DNA from: Octopus sinensis
Lineage: Eukaryota
Direction: 5' to 3'
NCBI RefSeq assembly: GCF_006345805.1
Contig: NC_043011.1
Location: 14,272,464 to 14,336,463 of the forward strand
Length of the DNA stretch: 64,000 nt
Part shown: in pieces, positions 49,126 to 61,859 of the stretch
Numbering within the stretch: the first letter of the stretch is position 1
Layout: the number at the start of each line of letters is the position of its first letter
Program-made: the position numbers and the translations under genes
Notes under the pieces: generated by a model
The model's database searches: none
What the model was told of the DNA's origin: nothing
The model's input: the letters and a program-made list of their open reading frames with translations, nothing else

Positions 49126-49914
49126 ACTAATAATAATAATTATGATGATGATGATGATGATGACGACAATATGCAACAGTATGCACTGTTAGTACTGACT
49201 TGATTTAAAGCTTTATTGTCAAAAAAAGCGACAAAGTAATTAAGTCACTTGACGTTGATCCTTGTGAAGAATATAGATTTACCAGCTGTGAGAATGGAGA
49301 GATAAATAAAGGAGAACAGCAGAACGTAGCATTTGGTCTCTTATTACAAAACATTGAATTTTCTTATTGTTTCTAACATTGTTTTCCTGACAAGAACAAA
49401 CTAAATAAGAGAGTCTGGCAAGAGAGAGTGATGAAAGGTTTTATATTAGGAAGGAGAAAATGATTAGCAGAAGTGTCAAGAATTTGCATGTGACAAGGAA
49501 ATAAAAGCAAAAATGGTATACTTTATGGCAATGCCTAAGTGGGAATGGATAACAACAGCATAGAAGAAAGAGATAAGAACACTGGTTCCATTAAAAGGAA
49601 GGAACTATGTTCAAAGATAGTGAGGCTGTGGATTTGGTAGCAGTGAGATAAAACTGAATGGTGCATGGAAAATTATCTGCTACTCTGCTCTTATCCAATA
49701 GAAGATGTTTACATCAAACTGCACAATACTGGTAATAAATACAAGAGTAAACAACCCTTGTGAATTGATATACCATATAGTTAGAATTAAAAGAATAAAT
49801 CTGCAACATTGATCCCCTGGTTATAACAGGGATATGAAGTTATTATTGTTGTTTTCAAGTTTCAGATAATCCCTGATTAAGCAGACATACAGCCAAAGGT
49901 TTTCATGTTTCTAA

Positions 49915-50170
49915 TTTAAGAATGATGCCAGCTAGAAGCACAGATTGGCATATTTTGGTCATATTATGTGGAGAAAATCCCTGGAGAAGGACATCATGCT
50001 CAGAATGGTCAGTGGCAAGAGAGGAAGAGGCCGACCAAGAACCCGCTGACTTGACACCATCAAGAGTGATACTGGAATGGACATAGCCAATCTGAAAGAA
50101 GCGGCCCAGGATAGAACTGACTGGAGGACATTGATCCATCGAGTAACCGAGAGTCGACTTCGACTGAGTG
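49915..50170 (+). pseudogene. RTE-BovB-like LINE 3' end
   Basis: RLAYFGHIMWRKSLEKDIMLRMVSGKRGRGRPRTR*LDTIK...AAQDRTDWRTLIHRVTESRLRL. Confidence 0.85.
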
Positions 50171-50521
50171 GATAGATAGATATATAGCCAGCAGTTTTGA
50201 AGGGAGGGAGCTAGTCAATTACATTGATCCTAGTTCTTGACTGATACTTTATTTTATCAACTCCAGAAAGACAAAAGGTAATGTTGACCTTGGCAAGATT
50301 TGAACTCTGAATATGAAGATCTAGAAAAAATATTCCTTTTTCAGGTAATGTTCTTCCCTTTTTAAGACAGATATGACAGAGATTTGGTAAGTTGAGCAAA
50401 TGTGTAAAGGCTCCTTCTTCAGGTTACGTCAATCAATTTTATTTCACTGGTTAATTTTTTCTTGCTCTTTAAATACTAGATAAATTTAGTTGAAGAAAGC
50501 ATTTTACCAAATTAGGAATAT

Positions 50522-51493
50522 TATCAGGTCATCTCATAAGTTCTGTCTGAATTTTGAATAAAGAAAGCAAGTGATCAAATGCTATATTTAATTGAAATTT
50601 AATCATCAACGTACTTTCCTTGATTATCTATGACTTCCTTCCATCTATTTACAAGCTTTTTAATCCCATCAATGTAAAATTTTTTGGGTTTCAAAGCAAA
50701 GAACTTTGAAATGTCAGTTTTGACCTCCTCCTGGCTTGCGAAAGTTATGTCCCCCAAATGATTCTGTAAACTACGAAACAAATGGTAATCTGAAGGAGCA
50801 AGTTCAGGAGAATAAGGTGGATGAGGAATTTTTTCCCAACCAAGCTCTTTGATCTTCAGTGATGTGATTTTTGCAGTGTGGTGATCTGATGAAACATCAC
50901 TCCTTTTTGATTCACTAAAGCGGGTCTATTTTTCTTCAAAGCTTGGTTCAAACACTCTAATTGCTGACAGCAGACTTGATTGTTGCATTAGATGGTAACA
51001 ATTCAAAACGAATTACTCCTTTGCATTCCCACCAGATAGAGAGAAGAACCTATTTTCCATGAAGTTCCCTTCCTGATTGTGGTTGAGCTTTTCTCTTTTA
51101 CCAAGCCATTGTTTACGACGTTTAACATTTCAATAGGAGATCCATTTTTCATCACCAGTCACAAGTCTATCCAAAAAGGGTGAAATGAGTTCGCGAGAAT
51201 GCAGAGAAGAGCAGACGTCAACTCGAGATCTGCGGTTGCTTTCAGACAATTCATGAGGCACCCATTTTCCAAGTTTAGGAACCTTTCCAAGTTGTTGAAG
51301 ATGACGATGAACAGTTGTATGGTTTGAACTAAGCTTTATTGCCAATTCTTCAGCTGATAATAGTTAATTAGTTTAAATGGAGACAAATACATAAAAATAA
51401 TTTTTAATTCCATTAGACATTCTAAAAGACTATTAAATTTCATTCAATTTTAAAAAAGGTGAAATTGAACTGAACTTGTGGGATGACCTGATA
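50522..51493 (-). mobile_element. Mariner transposon, internally deleted
   Basis: TIRs ATCAGGTCATCTCATAAGTTC / GAACTTGTGGGATGACCTGAT; GKWVPHELSE, FLDRLVTGDEKW, HPPYSPELAPSDYHLFRSLQNHL. Confidence 0.88.
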
Positions 51494-51631
51494 TCTTAGC
51501 TATTTCAAAGCAATGAAAATCAAAAATGTTATGCCCACTTTTGCCTTACTTTCAGTGGAACCTTCATGTGATTTTTTTTTTAAGTACCATCTAATATATG
51601 ATTACTTGTAGTAATTATCATACATATTATT

Positions 51632-52035
51632 GCAGGAGTGGCTGTGTGGTAAGTAGCTTGGTTACCAACCACATGGTTCCGGGTTCAGTCCCACTGCGTG
51701 GCACCTTGGGCAAGTGTCTTCTACTATAGCCTTGGGCTGACCAAAACCTTGTGAGTGGATTTGGTAGACGGAAACTGAAAGAAGCCCAATGTGTGTATGT
51801 ATGTATATATATGTGTGCGTGTATGTCTGTGTGTCTGTGTTTGTCCCCCTAGCATTGCTTGACAACCGATGCTGGTGTGTTTACATCCCCGTCACTTAGC
51901 GGTTCGGCAAAAGAGACCGATAGAATAAGTACTGGGCTTACAAAGAATAAGTCACGGGGTCGAGTTGCACGACTAAAGGCAGTGCTCCAGCATGGCCACA
52001 GTCAAATGACTGAAACAAGTAAAAGAGTAAAAAAA
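51632..52035 (+). mobile_element. SINE family B
   Basis: Full match; flanking duplication ATATGATTACTTGTAGTA. Confidence 0.88.
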
Positions 52036-52439
52036 AAAAAGAGTAATACTTGTAATTATATGATTACTTGTAGTAGTCACCGTATATTACACGAAATATG
52101 TGATGACTAAACGAAGCGTAACTTTTAATTTATGATGTTCGTTTAAATGGCAATTTGTAGACTGATATCTGTTCAGTTGTGTAAATAGTCACAGTGACAT
52201 TTGTAATTTTTAATTCTATTTTCTCTCTGATGTGCTGTATAACAGATTATTAGAGTATCTCATTAAGACACACGATGAAAGGATATATGTAGCTAAGATT
52301 TGAATATTAATTATATCAAACATTATAAGCACTAATTTGACTCATCATTGTCATTATCATCATCATCATCATCATCATAATCACATTGCTATTAATAGCA
52401 AGAAACTGCAGAAAATAGACTTCTTCAAATGTCCAGGGG

Positions 52440-53228
52440 TTATCCTTAGAAGTAGTAGATAGTTTCTGTTACCCAGACAATCAAGTTAGCAGTGGAAGAA
52501 GATGCTTTGTAGTTGCTAGAATAAGAATGGGCTGGATAAAGTTCAGAGAGCTACTACCTTTGTAAGTAACACAGGGTCTTTTCCTCAAAGTGAAAAGCAG
52601 ATTGTATGATACCTATGCATGAACAGCCATGCTACATGGCAGTGAAATATGGGCTGTGACTACAGAGGATATGCACAGGCTTGAAAGAGATGAAGCTAGT
52701 ATGATGCTCTGCTGGATGAGAGTGTAAATGATTTGAAAGAAAAATTGGGTATAAGAGACATCAGATGTAATGTGCAAGAGAGAGGACTGTCTTGGTATGG
52801 TCATGCGATGCTTATGGAAGAAGACGGCTGCATAAAGAAGTGCCAGTTTTTAGCTGTGGAGGGAACCTGTGTCGGGGGAAAACCTAGGAAGATGTGGGAT
52901 GAAGTAGTGAGAAATGATCTTTGGATGTTAAACCTCACATAGGAGATGAGATCCCAAGGGGCTGAGACCTCTGGCAATTTGCTGTAATTCAGAAGACGTG
53001 TCAAGTTAAGTGAAATCGTGGCCATCCACATGTACAAGTATGTTCTTTACAATACACATACACATATAGGCGTAGGAGTGGCTGTGTGGTAAGTTGCTTG
53101 CTTACGAGCCACATGGTTCCAAGTTCAGTTCCACTGCGTGGCACCTTGGGCAAGTGCCTTCTATTATAGCCTCAAGCAGACCAAAGCCTTGTGAGTGCAT
53201 TTGATAGCCGGAAACTGAAAGAAGCCTG

Positions 53229-53274
<46 letters not shown>

Positions 53275-53511
53275 ATGTGTGTGTATGTGTTTGCGTGTCT
53301 GTGTTTGTCCCCCCAGCATCGCTTGACAACCGATGCTGATGCATTTACGTCCCTGTAACTTAGCGGTTCGGTAAAAGGAGCCGATAGAATAAGTACTAGA
53401 CTTACAATGAATAAGTCCTGGGGTAGATCTTCTCGACTAAAGGCGGTGCTCCAGCATGGCCGCAGTCAAATGACTGAAACAAGTAAAAGAGTAAAGAGAG
53501 ATATAATCTGT

Positions 53512-53554
<43 letters not shown>

Positions 53555-54426
53555 ATCTTTCCTCTGTCAAAACGCCCCTACAACCCATCTTCCCAGAACT
53601 GATGATAGTGTCGCTAAGGGAACTCGAAGAGGGCTTTGTTTGCTGTGAAATACTAGTAAGACTGTCCGATACCCATGATCTCTGATACCCATGATAACCA
53701 CCCATTGCAGGTCCCTCACCTCTCACATGCCTTTCCACACAGTCTCTATGCTCTAACATATCTACTACATCCTCTCCCCAGCCACTCCAGTTTCTCTCAC
53801 CATCACTTTCTGGAATCATGTCTTCCCCATCTCTAAACATCTCTCCTCATACTCTTACAGAACATCTCTCTCTGTCTCCTCTGTACAATGTATACTCCGC
53901 TGTTCCCTGTGGGTAAGCCCCCACCATACATCTCCAACATCATCTATTTCTCTCTCTCTCTCTCTCTCTCTCTAACTTCCTCTCTAACACTCTCTTCTCT
54001 TCCTCTCCTTCCCTGTTCCTCTCGGGTAGCCAAGTCTCTCCTCTATAGTAAGACAACTATATCTGTCTCTCTGTTATACTCTAACCTCTCTCCTGGTTCA
54101 TTGCCACTTCCTTGGTTCCACTCCCCGCCTCAGCTGAGAAGTTTTTGTCTTCCAAACTACTTGCTGACCCTGCTGGTGTCACTTAAAAAGCACCTGTACT
54201 AGTGACACTTAAAAAGCACGTGTGCGATACCACAAAAAACACCTGTGCTGGCACTGTGTACAAAGCATCCAGTACACTTTGTAAAGTGGTTGGCTTAAGG
54301 AAGGGCATCCAGCTATAGAAACTGTGCCAAAACTTGTGTAGCTTTTTCTAGCTTGACAGCTCTAGCTGAACTGTCCCACCCCTGCCAACATGGAAACAGA
54401 TGTTTGCATGGTGATGATGATAATGC

Positions 54427-54458
<32 letters not shown>
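52440..54458 (+). mobile_element. RTE LINE 3' portion (ORF end, 3' UTR, (GAT)n tail) interrupted by SINE B
   Basis: VVDSFCY, RIRMGWIKFRELLPL, MLHGSEIWA, RGLSWYGHAM, GKPRKMWDEVV; family G 3' UTR at 54160-54410; tail 54410-54458; continuity across 53500-54160 is inferred. Confidence 0.7.
53068..53500 (+). mobile_element. SINE family B
   Basis: Full match. Confidence 0.88.
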
Positions 54459-54709
54459 CATATAGGTTAGACAGAATTTATTTAGGCAAATTGTTTACAG
54501 CCTGATGCCCTCTTTATTACCAACTCTTACTTATTTCCGAGTTAGGTATGGCAGCGGAGTAAGAATCTTACTTCCCAACCATATGGTTCAGGCTTCAGTA
54601 ATCTCTTACTATTTAGAAATCTCTCTCTCTATATATATACATATATATACATGCATACATACATACATACATACATACATAATATATATATATATAGATA
54701 TATATATAT

Positions 54710-56706
54710 ATCATCATCATCATCATCATCATCATTTAGCGTCCGTTTTCCATGCTAGCATGGGTTGGACGGTTCAACTGGGGTCTGGGGAGCCCGAAGG
54801 CTGCACCAGGCCAGTCAGATCTGGCAGTGTTTCTACAGCTGGATGCCCTTCCTAACGCCAACCACTCCGAGAGTGTAGTGGGTGATTTTATGTGCCACCG
54901 ACACAGGTGCCAGACGAGGCTGGCGAACGGCCACGCTCGGATGGTGTTTATGTGCCACCGACACAGGTGCCAGACGAGGCTGGCAGACGGCCACGCTCGG
55001 ATGGTGGTGTTTTTATGTGCCACCGACACAGGTGCCAGATGAGGCTGGCAGGTGCCAGACGAGGCTGGCAGACGGCCACGCTCGGATGGTGTTTTTATGT
55101 GCCACCGACACAGGTGCCAGACGAGGCTGGCGAACGGCCACGCTCGGATGGTGTTTTTTGTGCCACCGACACAGGTGCCAGACGAGGCTGGCAGACGGCC
55201 ACGCTCGGATGGTGTTTTTATGTGCCACCGACACAGGTGCCAGATGAGGCTGGCAGGTGCCAGACGAGGCTGGCAGACGGCCACGCTCGGATGGTGTTTT
55301 ATGTGCCACCGACACAGGTGCCAGATGAGGCTGGCGGACGGCCACGATCGGATGGTGGTTGTTACGTCCCCAAAGCACGGAGGCCAGTCTATGCGGTACT
55401 GGCTACGGCCACGTTCAGATGATTTTCTTGTGTGCCACCGGCACTGGTACCACAAAGATACAAATTCCATTTATGTTCATCTATTTTGATTTGTTTTGAT
55501 TTGATTTGATTTTTGATTTTCACTTGCCTCACAGGTCTTCACAAGTGTCACAAGAAGGAAGGTATGCACAGGTGGACTGTCTACGTCGCCGGGTCTTCGG
55601 ATGGTGTCTTTATGGCCACCGACACAGGTGCCAGATGTGGCTGGCGAACGGCCACCACGATCGGATGGTTTTCTTGTGTGCCACCGGTACTGGAACCACA
55701 AAGATACAAATTCCATTGATGTTCATCTATTTTGATTTGGTTTGATTTTCACTTGCCTCAACAGGTCTTCACAAGTGTCACGCGTGTCACACACTTGCCT
55801 CAACAGGTCTCCACAAGTGTCACACACTGCCTCTGCCTCAACAGGTCTTCACAAGTGTCACACACTTGCCTCTGCCTCAACAGGTCTTCACAAGTGTCAT
55901 AAGAGGGAAGGTATGCACAGGTGGACTGACTACGTCGCGGGTCTTTGGATGTGTGTTTTTATGTGCCTCCGACACAGGTGCCAGGTGAGGCTGGCGAACG
56001 GCCACGATCAGATGGTGTTGTTGTGCCCACAGCACGGAGGCCAGTCGATGCGGTACCAGCTACGGCCACGTTCGGATGGTTTTCTTGTGTGCCACCGGTT
56101 ACTGGAACCACAAAGATACAAATTCCATTGATATTCATCTATTTTGATTTGATTTGTTTTGATTTTCACTTGCCTCAACAGGTCTTCACAAGGGTCACAC
56201 ACTTGCCTCAACAGGTCTCCACAAGTGTCACACACTTGCCTCTGCCTCAACAGGTCTTCACAAGTGTCACACACTTGCCTCAACAGGTCTTCACAGTGTC
56301 ATAAGAGGGAAGGTATGCACAGGTGGACTGACTACGTCCCGGGTCTTCGGATGGTGTCTTTATGTGCCACCGCACAGGTGCCAGATGAGGCTGGCGAACG
56401 GCCACGATCGGATGGTGTTGTTGTGCCCACAGCACGGAGGCCAGTCGATGCGGTACTGGTTACGGCCACGTTTGGGTGGTTTTCTTGTGTGCCACCGGCA
56501 CTGGTACCACCAAGAATACAATTCCACTGATGTTCATCTTTTTGATTTGTTTTGATTTGATTTGATTTCACTGCCTCAACAGGTCTTTATAAGTGTCACA
56601 AGAAGGAAGGTATGCACAGGACTGACTACGTCCCAAGTCGGGGCCACACGGGTTATGGCCTGACTAGTCTTGCCGGGTCTTCTCATGCACAGCATACTCC
56701 ATACTT

Positions 56707-56710
<4 letters not shown>
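54710..56710 (-). mobile_element. RTE LINE 3' end with tandem-repeat-expanded 3' UTR
   Basis: Minus strand begins YAVHEKTRQD* (compare YAVLEKIHPAK* at ~61320); ~60-bp, ~33-bp and 250-400-bp tandem units; (GAT)n tail at 54710-54735. Confidence 0.78.
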
Positions 56711-56765
<55 letters not shown>

Positions 56766-57189
56766 TAAGTATAGGAAAGAATGGAGCTGAACGAAGATTT
56801 AACAAAATTCCTTTATTTTATTTTCGACATATAAAACTTCAAATTTCCACACTAAGGCACGGATTTTATGCCTATGGTCGTAACTTCAACCGTGCCCTTT
56901 CTGTTGTGAGTTTGCTACCCAGGTATCGGTTATCTTTCGAATTATCCGTAACAAGATAATTCATTTGTCTACTTAATAATATATATATATATATATATAT
57001 ACTATAAATAATATGTAAATATTTGCATATATATGTATGTATATATGCATATATTTATATATTATTATATTATTATATGATCGAACACCACACATCCTTT
57101 TCCAAGTAAGTTTTATGTATATATACACACACACACACATATATATATACATATATATATTTATGTGTGTGTATATATATATATATGAT

Positions 57190-57495
57190 GGGCTTCTTTC
57201 AGTTTCCATCTGCTAAATCCACTTACAAAGTTGTGGGTCTAATATAACCTATGGCTAATGACTATAGTAGAAGACACTTGCCCTAGGTGCCACACAGTGA
57301 GTCTGAACTTCAAACCTCATGGTTGGGAAGCAAACTTCTGGGTTACATTCTGGGTTCAAATTCTGCCAAGGTCCACTTTGCCTTTCATCCTTTCGGGGTT
57401 GATAATTAAGTACCAGTTATGCACTGGGGTCGATATAATCGACTTAATCTGTTTGTCCCCTCTATGTTTAGCCCCTTGTGGGTAATAAAGAAATA
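57190..57495. mobile_element. SINE B fragment (minus) abutting SINE A 3' half (plus)
   Basis: Matches to the respective families. Confidence 0.75.
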
Positions 57496-57992
57496 TATAC
57501 CGTTACTTGTAACAGACACTCTGTAGTTTATTCCATAATGAGCTAAAACCATAGATATATGACTTCTGTCAGTGAACCCGTTTCTCTTTTCTGTCACATA
57601 TTAGGTCTCACAATGTATATAATCTCATTTACGGGAGAAGATATTCGTTTTTAAAAGTCTTGATGAATCAGAAGTGGCAATTTTAATTAACATCTCACAA
57701 ATTTTTCTAACATGTCTTTCAAATTCATACTAAATTATATTTAGTTAGTGAACATCAATGATATATATATTGGCAGACTGTGGCAGACAGTTTTATATTT
57801 AATCATAGGTTGTCAGGAGTTTCTAATCAAAATTTTACATCGCATGAGTTCGTGCATGGCTTTGTGCTTAAGAATTTTGCTTTTGAGTCATGTTGTTGCA
57901 GTTTCAATATCACTGCAGAATACCTTGTGTGTGTGCCAGGGTGGGATGAGTGTATGTGAGAGTGTGTGTGTGAATGTGTGTGTGTGTGTGTA

Positions 57993-58023
<31 letters not shown>

Positions 58024-58083
58024 GTGTGTGTGTGTGTGTGGTGTGTATGTGAGAGTGTGTGTGTGAATGTGTGTGTGTGTGTA

Positions 58084-58165
<82 letters not shown>

Positions 58166-58198
58166 TGTAGGCAAAGAGAAAGAGAAAGAGAGAGAGAG

Positions 58199-58362
58199 AG
58201 GTGCAGGCATGATTGTGTGGTAAGAAGCTTGCTTCTCAACCACATGGTTCCAGGTTCAGTCTCATTGTATGGCACCTTGGGTAAGTGTCTTTTACTACAG
58301 CCACTGGTCAAACAAAACCCTGTCCATGGATTTAGTTGATGAAAACTGGAAGAAGCCCATCA

Positions 58363-58407
<45 letters not shown>

Positions 58408-58628
58408 CTGTGTCTGTGTGTCTGTGTCTGTGTTTGTCCCCCACCACCCTTTCACAACCGGTATTAGTGTGTTTACATTCCTGTAACTTAACAGTTTGGC
58501 AAAAGAGGCCAATAAAATAAGAACCAGGCTTTAAAAAAAGTACTAGGGTTGATTCATTCAATTATAAATTCTTCAAGATGGTGCCCCAGCATGGCCACAA
58601 TCTAATGACTGAAACAAATGAAAGAAAT
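58199..58628 (+). mobile_element. SINE family B, diverged
   Basis: Head, microsatellite core and tail all recognisable. Confidence 0.8.
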
Positions 58629-58629
58629 C

Positions 58630-58805
58630 ACTAGCCACTACACATTCTTTATTTTCTCTCCTTGTTTCTTTCTGTATTTCTCTGTCGAAGAGCATAGGCT
58701 CGAAACATTAAAGACTTCTTCACTTCCCGAGAGTTAAACTAATACATCTATTTGTTGTCTACACCACCTGTCTTCATCTTTTGTTTTTTTATGAAATCTC
58801 CCCAT
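58630..58805 (+). mobile_element. Family H repeat, copy 3
   Basis: Contains CTGTCGAAGAGCATAGGCTCGAAAC. Confidence 0.75.
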
Positions 58806-58869
58806 ATATATATATGTATAGCAATTGTTATTACTGCCTATGCTCCTCAACCAGGTCTGTCAAATAAAC

Positions 58870-61350
58870 AAAAGGTTTGATTTTATGATACTCTTTTGCA
58901 GGCTACCTCAATGGCAAATGACAGTGACTTTATCTTCATTACTGGTAACTTCAATGGACATATTAGGCAGTATCTCAGTGGCTTCCATGGCATGCATGGA
59001 GGTCATGGAGTTGATTTTTGCAACAGGAAGGGAACAAGGCTACTGGAGTTCTGTGAGGCAAATAACCTAATGATCTACATCACCAGCTTCAGGAAATCAG
59101 CCAGCCACCTGATAACCCATCGATCTGGTGGTCACACAAGTCAGATTGACTGCATTCCCACTAGAAAGTGAGATACATGATTGCTCATAAACACAGGTGA
59201 AGAATGTACTCCTAAACATAGTTTAGTTATTAAGGACTTCAGACTTCAGGTTTGAAGGATTCTATGAAGCAGAAAAGTCTGGAAAAAATGGGTTTGGAAC
59301 CTTAAGGATCTTCTGAATAGTCATAGGTTTAGAGACATCCTAACTGAAGCATTTGACCAGAAGGTGGAAGAGTTACAGATATGTGTTATAGAAGACAACA
59401 GGAAGTTCCTATGTGACAACTTAGTGAGAGCCACAAGCCAAATTTGTAGCTGGTGTAAAGTCCCAATCAGCTCTAGGATGATATAGTGGTAGAACATCAT
59501 AGTAGACAGGGCCATAACTACAAAGAAACAGGCCAGAGAGGATTTGAAGAGTGAGGGTAGCAGAGAACTATACCAGGTAACTAGAAGAGGAGCTAGGCAA
59601 CAGGTATATTTAGCTGGAGGAGATGTTGAAAGGAAGAAGTTTGCCAATGTTCTGTAGTGTAAGGACCAGAAGCACAAAGGTGTTCCAGATTGCAAAACTG
59701 TATCAGAGAAAACCATCATGTTGCAGGAGAGAACTGTATCCAGATGGATGGTGGCACACTTGCACTTAGGAATTCTGCAAATAAAGAGGTATAGAAAAGG
59801 TATATGAAAGGCTACTAAATGTGGAGAATGCATGGGAGCAGGAGAGTTTACCTAATGTGGACCCAATTGAGGGATCAGCTATCTGAGTTGACAGCAGCAT
59901 GATAGATAAAGCAAATAAGGATATAAAAATTGGAAAAGACCATGGCCCATCAGGCTTTGCAACCAAGATGCTTAAAACTTCTGGTGGAATAGGTTATGGT
60001 CTAGTCACCCATATAGTAAATCAGGTTGTCCAGGAAGGAGTCATACCCAACAAGTGGTGAAGCTGCATTATAATCAACTATGACAAAAGGAAAGGTGATT
60101 GCCTCAGACAGAAGTAATTATGGACCAGGAGATGAAAGTTACAGAAGGGGTCATAGTTGAGCTAATTAAGAAGATAGTTAAGCTAGGAGAGATGCAGTTC
60201 AGTTTTGCGCCAAGGAGAAGCACTACTGATGCAATCTTCCTAGTAAGGTAGCTGCAGAAGCACTTGGCAAAAAATAAACTGCTGTACTTGGCATTTGTCA
60301 ACACAGAGAAAGCTTTTGACAGGGTTCCTCACTCATTCCTCTAGTGGTTGATGAAGAAGCTAGAGTAGATGAGTAGTTAGTGGGAGCCATCCAATCCATG
60401 TACAGGATGCTGTCAGTAAGGTGAAAATCAGCATTGAGCATAGCAAAAAATTTAGTGTGCAGGTAGTTCGCCAAGGATCAGTTCTCAGATCTCTCTTATT
60501 TATCATAGTCCTCCATGCCATACCTGAGGAATTTAAAACATTTTGCCCTTGGGTGCTCCTCTATGCTGATAACCTTGTTCTTATAGATGAATTTCTACTA
60601 GAGATGGAGAAAAGATTTCATGTATGGATGCAAGGACTAGAATCTCAGGGCCTCAGAGTTAATATTGCAAGATCAAAGTATAAGTAAGCCAGAAACAGAC
60701 AAATCATTAATCCCATCAGGGAAATAACCCTGTTCAATATGTAGAAAAGGTTTAGGTAGAAATTTCATATGGTGTACCCAGTGCAAGCTATGGATTATAA
60801 AAGGTGCAGTGGAATCACAAGCAGGTTAACAGAGAAAGTAGTCTTTGTGTGTAGTAGATGTGTAGGTACAATGAACACTAAGAATGTGCAGGAAATGAAT
60901 TTCTTCAAATATGCAGGTGTTCTTTGGAGGTAGTAGATAGTTTTTGTTACCTAGACCACCAAATAACAAGCAGTTGAAGTTGCCCTGAAAGTGTAAATGC
61001 AAGAATAAGAACCAACAGGGCAAAGTTCTGAGAGCTATTACCTTTGTTAGTCACAAAGAACCACTCCCTCAGAGTGAAGGGCATATTGTATGATGCCTGT
61101 GTAGCTGTTGAGTGCAAGAGAGAAAACTGTTCTGGTATGATTGTGTGATGCATATGGATGAAGACAGCTGCATAAACAAGTGCCAATTTCTAAATGTGGA
61201 GGAAACCTGTGGGAGATGAGGACTCGGGAAGATGTGGGATGGATGAAGTGGTGGGAAATGATTTTCAGATGTTAAGCTTCACAGAGAAGATGGCAAAGAA
61301 CTGAGACAAGTGGTGATATGCTGTGCTTGAGAAGATCCACCCAGCAAAGT
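58870..61350 (+). pseudogene. RTE-clade LINE (APE C-terminus, RT, C-terminus), heavily decayed
   Basis: IFITGNFNGHI, GTRLLEFCEANNL, HLITHRSGGHTSQID (APE); EKAFDRVP, VRQGSVL, LLYADNLVL (RT); YAVLEK at ORF end. Confidence 0.88.
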
Positions 61351-61859
61351 AAAATCCATGTCCATGACCCCCCTACCTCTCCCACAACAAACTCATGTTC
61401 ACCACCAATGTTTTCCTCACTCACCTCCATTCTCCACCTACCTACCTGCATACAGTATGCCCCTGTTAAATCGCTTCCCACCACCCACCTCTAGTTTCCA
61501 CTCTCCTTTTGAAATCTTGCAAACTCACCCAACTACCCATCCTCTCCAATTCCTCATCAACTCCACAATATACACCATCCTGTAACCTGGGTGTACAGGC
61601 CCTGCCTCCTCTCTGTCACATCTTCACCATCTTTCTCTCCTCTTTCTCTTCTCCATTTGTGGAAGCTATTTCTTTTTTCTCATGTGAGAGACCTTTCTGT
61701 ACATCACTACTACTCCCCACCATTGAGGTGTCTTGCGTTTCTATTAAATGATGGTCTTTATATACATATTCAGTGCTGGCTTTAAATTCTTTAGAAAGTC
61801 AGTGGAGATAAACTTTAAAGTTATATATATATATATATATATATATACTACATACGTGG

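Noticed and set aside
54880-55360. CRISPR-like regularly spaced repeats
   Set aside because: Units are contiguous tandem copies without unique spacers, there are no cas genes, and the context is a eukaryotic retroelement
56850-56905. AAGGCACGG...CCGTGCCCTT hairpin as a decayed hammerhead
   Set aside because: Core nucleotides (CUGANGA, GAAA) are not present
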